Program-made: the position numbers and the translations under genes
Part shown: positions 36,801 through 37,363 of the stretch, one piece after another
Layout of the letters: every line of letters starts with the position of its first letter
Position numbering within the stretch: position 1 is the stretch's first letter
Source: Bacteroidota bacterium
GTDB lineage: Bacteria; Bacteroidota; Bacteroidia; Flavobacteriales_D; Crocinitomicaceae
Length of the DNA: 37,363 nucleotides
Direction of reading: 5' to 3'
Assembly: GCA_041172545.1 (NCBI GenBank)
Contig: JBEDJV010000001.1
Coordinates: forward strand, 1 to 37,363
The notes under the pieces: generated by a model
What the model was told of the DNA's origin: nothing
What the model saw: only the letters and a program-made list of their open reading frames with translations
The model's database searches: none

Positions 36801-37363
36801 CTCTGTGGATTTTGTGGATCCACGATTTCATATTCGTTGATGTAGGAAACGCCCGGAGCACCTTGTTCTACCTTTTTGTTACGTTCCGTTTTGAGGTTTA
36901 ACAAATCATCAAAAACAATTTCAATGTTGTTCGCTTCAGGCCAAATGGACTCTGGATTCGTTGTTCCCCAGTCAGTGACTTTCATCGGAAGTTCATATTC
37001 GTAGTAGTTTTCTACGTAATCTGTTCCTAGGCGCACAAACACGGACAATTCGTTGTCTTTCAATTGATTTTGCACAACGGATTCCGCATGGACAAACATC
37101 TTCATTTTTTTGTAGGTACGCACGTCGAATTGTACGTTACGGTATGCCGCACGCGCATCGCCGTCTTGTAAGTTACATACTTCTAATACCAACGATTGCT
37201 CGTTCATTTGACGTTGATATACTTGCGATGGATCGATTTCACGCGTAATTCCAGGAGGAATGACATAATTGATTGGTTGACGTTGTCCGTTCTCCTCGAT
37301 GTTCAATGCCGCGATGTTGAACGATGTTAAGTTCGGATCCGTTTGCACACTCAGTCCTGGCTG
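33857..37363 (-). CDS. sprA: SprA, T9SS translocon / gliding-motility outer-membrane protein (C-terminal part; the gene continues beyond the window)
   Basis: The frame is open to the window edge, and the tracked M at 37348 is an internal GTG. Very large barrel protein whose composition and C-terminus (..GITLRFDLNGLK) fit SprA. T9SS cargo genes lie in the same window. Confidence 0.8.
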   Translation of the reverse strand, partial: QPGLSVQTDPNLTSFNIAALNIEENGQRQPINYVIPPGITREIDPSQVYQRQMNEQSLVLEVCNLQDGDARAAYRNVQFDVRTYKKMKMFVHAESVVQNQLKDNELSVFVRLGTDYVENYYEYELPMKVTDWGTTNPESIWPEANNIEIVFDDLLNLKTERNKKVEQGAPGVSYINEYEIVDPQNPQRRLKVKGSPNLQGMRTIMIGVRNPLKTDPDNIWQPDAGDAECVNVWVNELRLTDFVSDGGDAAIGQMQLQLADFANISASGNYSGINWGSVDSRVQDRQRNQKIGFDMNSTVQLGQFFGKQARVSLPFFYGYSLGVINPEYDPFNPDIKLSSYDLATRRERSKLGQDFTERRSFNFTNVRKEAKAGTKAQFWSLSNWSATYAFAENLKRDFNITADRTKTWTGALNYNYTFAGKAIEPFKKWKPVQKSPWLKFIKDFNLFLLPKSMTFTNDYSRIYNERQVRNIIVPTYEFDPIYLKRFDWNRNYQIGYDLTKNLKTTFSATNKSIFVEGNNGVDRVTNPEGYREFMDTIRSQITTFGRTMDYTHNYSVSYNVPLDKFPLTSWITANAKYAGTFNWQRAPLGQAPFGNTVQNNRTVNMTLQGNLVTLYNKVPYFKRVLSDGKGMKSNVNAKVGNAGEGGAAGKPKPGPTKLPEFKPEKPLEEMTAKELKQYERQKKRFDKKQLRLQEIKDKEKEKVNPIGGFIARLIMSVRNISGTYSLTDGTMLPGYNQESSILGMNGSSLGMSGFVFGKQGYDLLGRSNGYNVSTLSRDNNWLVQNENLNKQFTTTHTANLQLKATLEPMKDLNINLNLSRNYSTNSGEFYRWNSTTSAFESQSKFETSTLTYSTVTWGSAFIKEGKDFSSSVFQTLLDNRKQVSSLLGAQNSNSTLLPNGYYSGYSGSQQEVVMGAFLAAYTNTSVSSKSINPLSNLPLPNWTINYNGLSKFEFAKDVVKSFKLNHGYSSSVSVNGMQTNLNAVLDANGQATALDINNNYIAGMQVQNITISERFSPLIGMLATWNIFGKNITTNFEYKKDRQTTLSLNNNQVTEVLGKEIVVGTVINIPKLKLPVRTLKPSDLLINVNFSFRDNSTIIRKVVENTNLATAGQTTVSFKLDANYKLSEHLSAIFYYEQFLNTPKIFISYPTGNLKTGITLRFDLNGLK

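Noticed and set aside
1-37363. Search for mobile elements, defence islands, tRNA/rRNA genes, CRISPR arrays and toxin-antitoxin pairs
   Set aside because: I recognised no integrase, transposase, reverse transcriptase, nuclease or ATPase defence signatures, no terminal inverted repeats flanking a cargo, and no tRNA-like T-loop (GGTTCGAATCC-type) sequences. The window looks like core chromosome rather than an accessory island.

Overview
This 37.4-kb AT-rich segment reads like a Bacteroidota (Flavobacteriia-like) chromosome. The evidence is two proteins with type-A T9SS C-terminal sorting domains, the C-terminal ~1,165 codons of the T9SS translocon/gliding protein SprA running off the right edge, a TAnnTTTG-type -7 box, A-rich leaders without Shine-Dalgarno sites, and many ATGA start/stop couplings. 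All but four genes lie on the minus strand. The content is mostly cell envelope: a ChaN-like lipoprotein, a PhoR/OmpR-type two-component pair, a TonB-dependent receptor with a beta-helix/PKD T9SS cargo, and a TSP3-repeat OmpA protein paired with a 722-aa anchored hypothetical. It also holds a PpiD-like chaperone, a 1,981-aa protein built as N-terminal barrel + 17 Cys-containing Ig-like repeats + Pro-rich tail, and a six-gene ECF-sigma cluster (sigma, anti-sigma, Spy/CpxP-like, MbnP-like, di-haem MauG/CCP-like, YHYH T9SS cargo). Housekeeping genes (xseA, rnhB, 5-formyl-THF cyclo-ligase, GNAT, cyclase-family hydrolase) are interspersed. I saw no tRNA, rRNA, CRISPR, transposase, integrase or phage genes. 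The clearest sequence-level anomaly is in the only glycyl-tRNA synthetase gene in the window. It carries two perfect tandem duplications, 69 bp in frame and 34 bp frameshifting. Removing one copy of each restores a canonical 513-codon gene, and the overlap between the two resulting ORFs contains an A7 run. Other items worth a second look are the giant barrel-Ig protein, the ECF/MbnPH/YHYH cluster, related inverted repeats upstream of the TBDR and its cargo gene, a terminator that abuts the response-regulator start codon, a 400-bp non-coding gap between convergent genes, and an untracked 53-codon membrane ORF. All family assignments come from motif recognition by eye; no searches were run.
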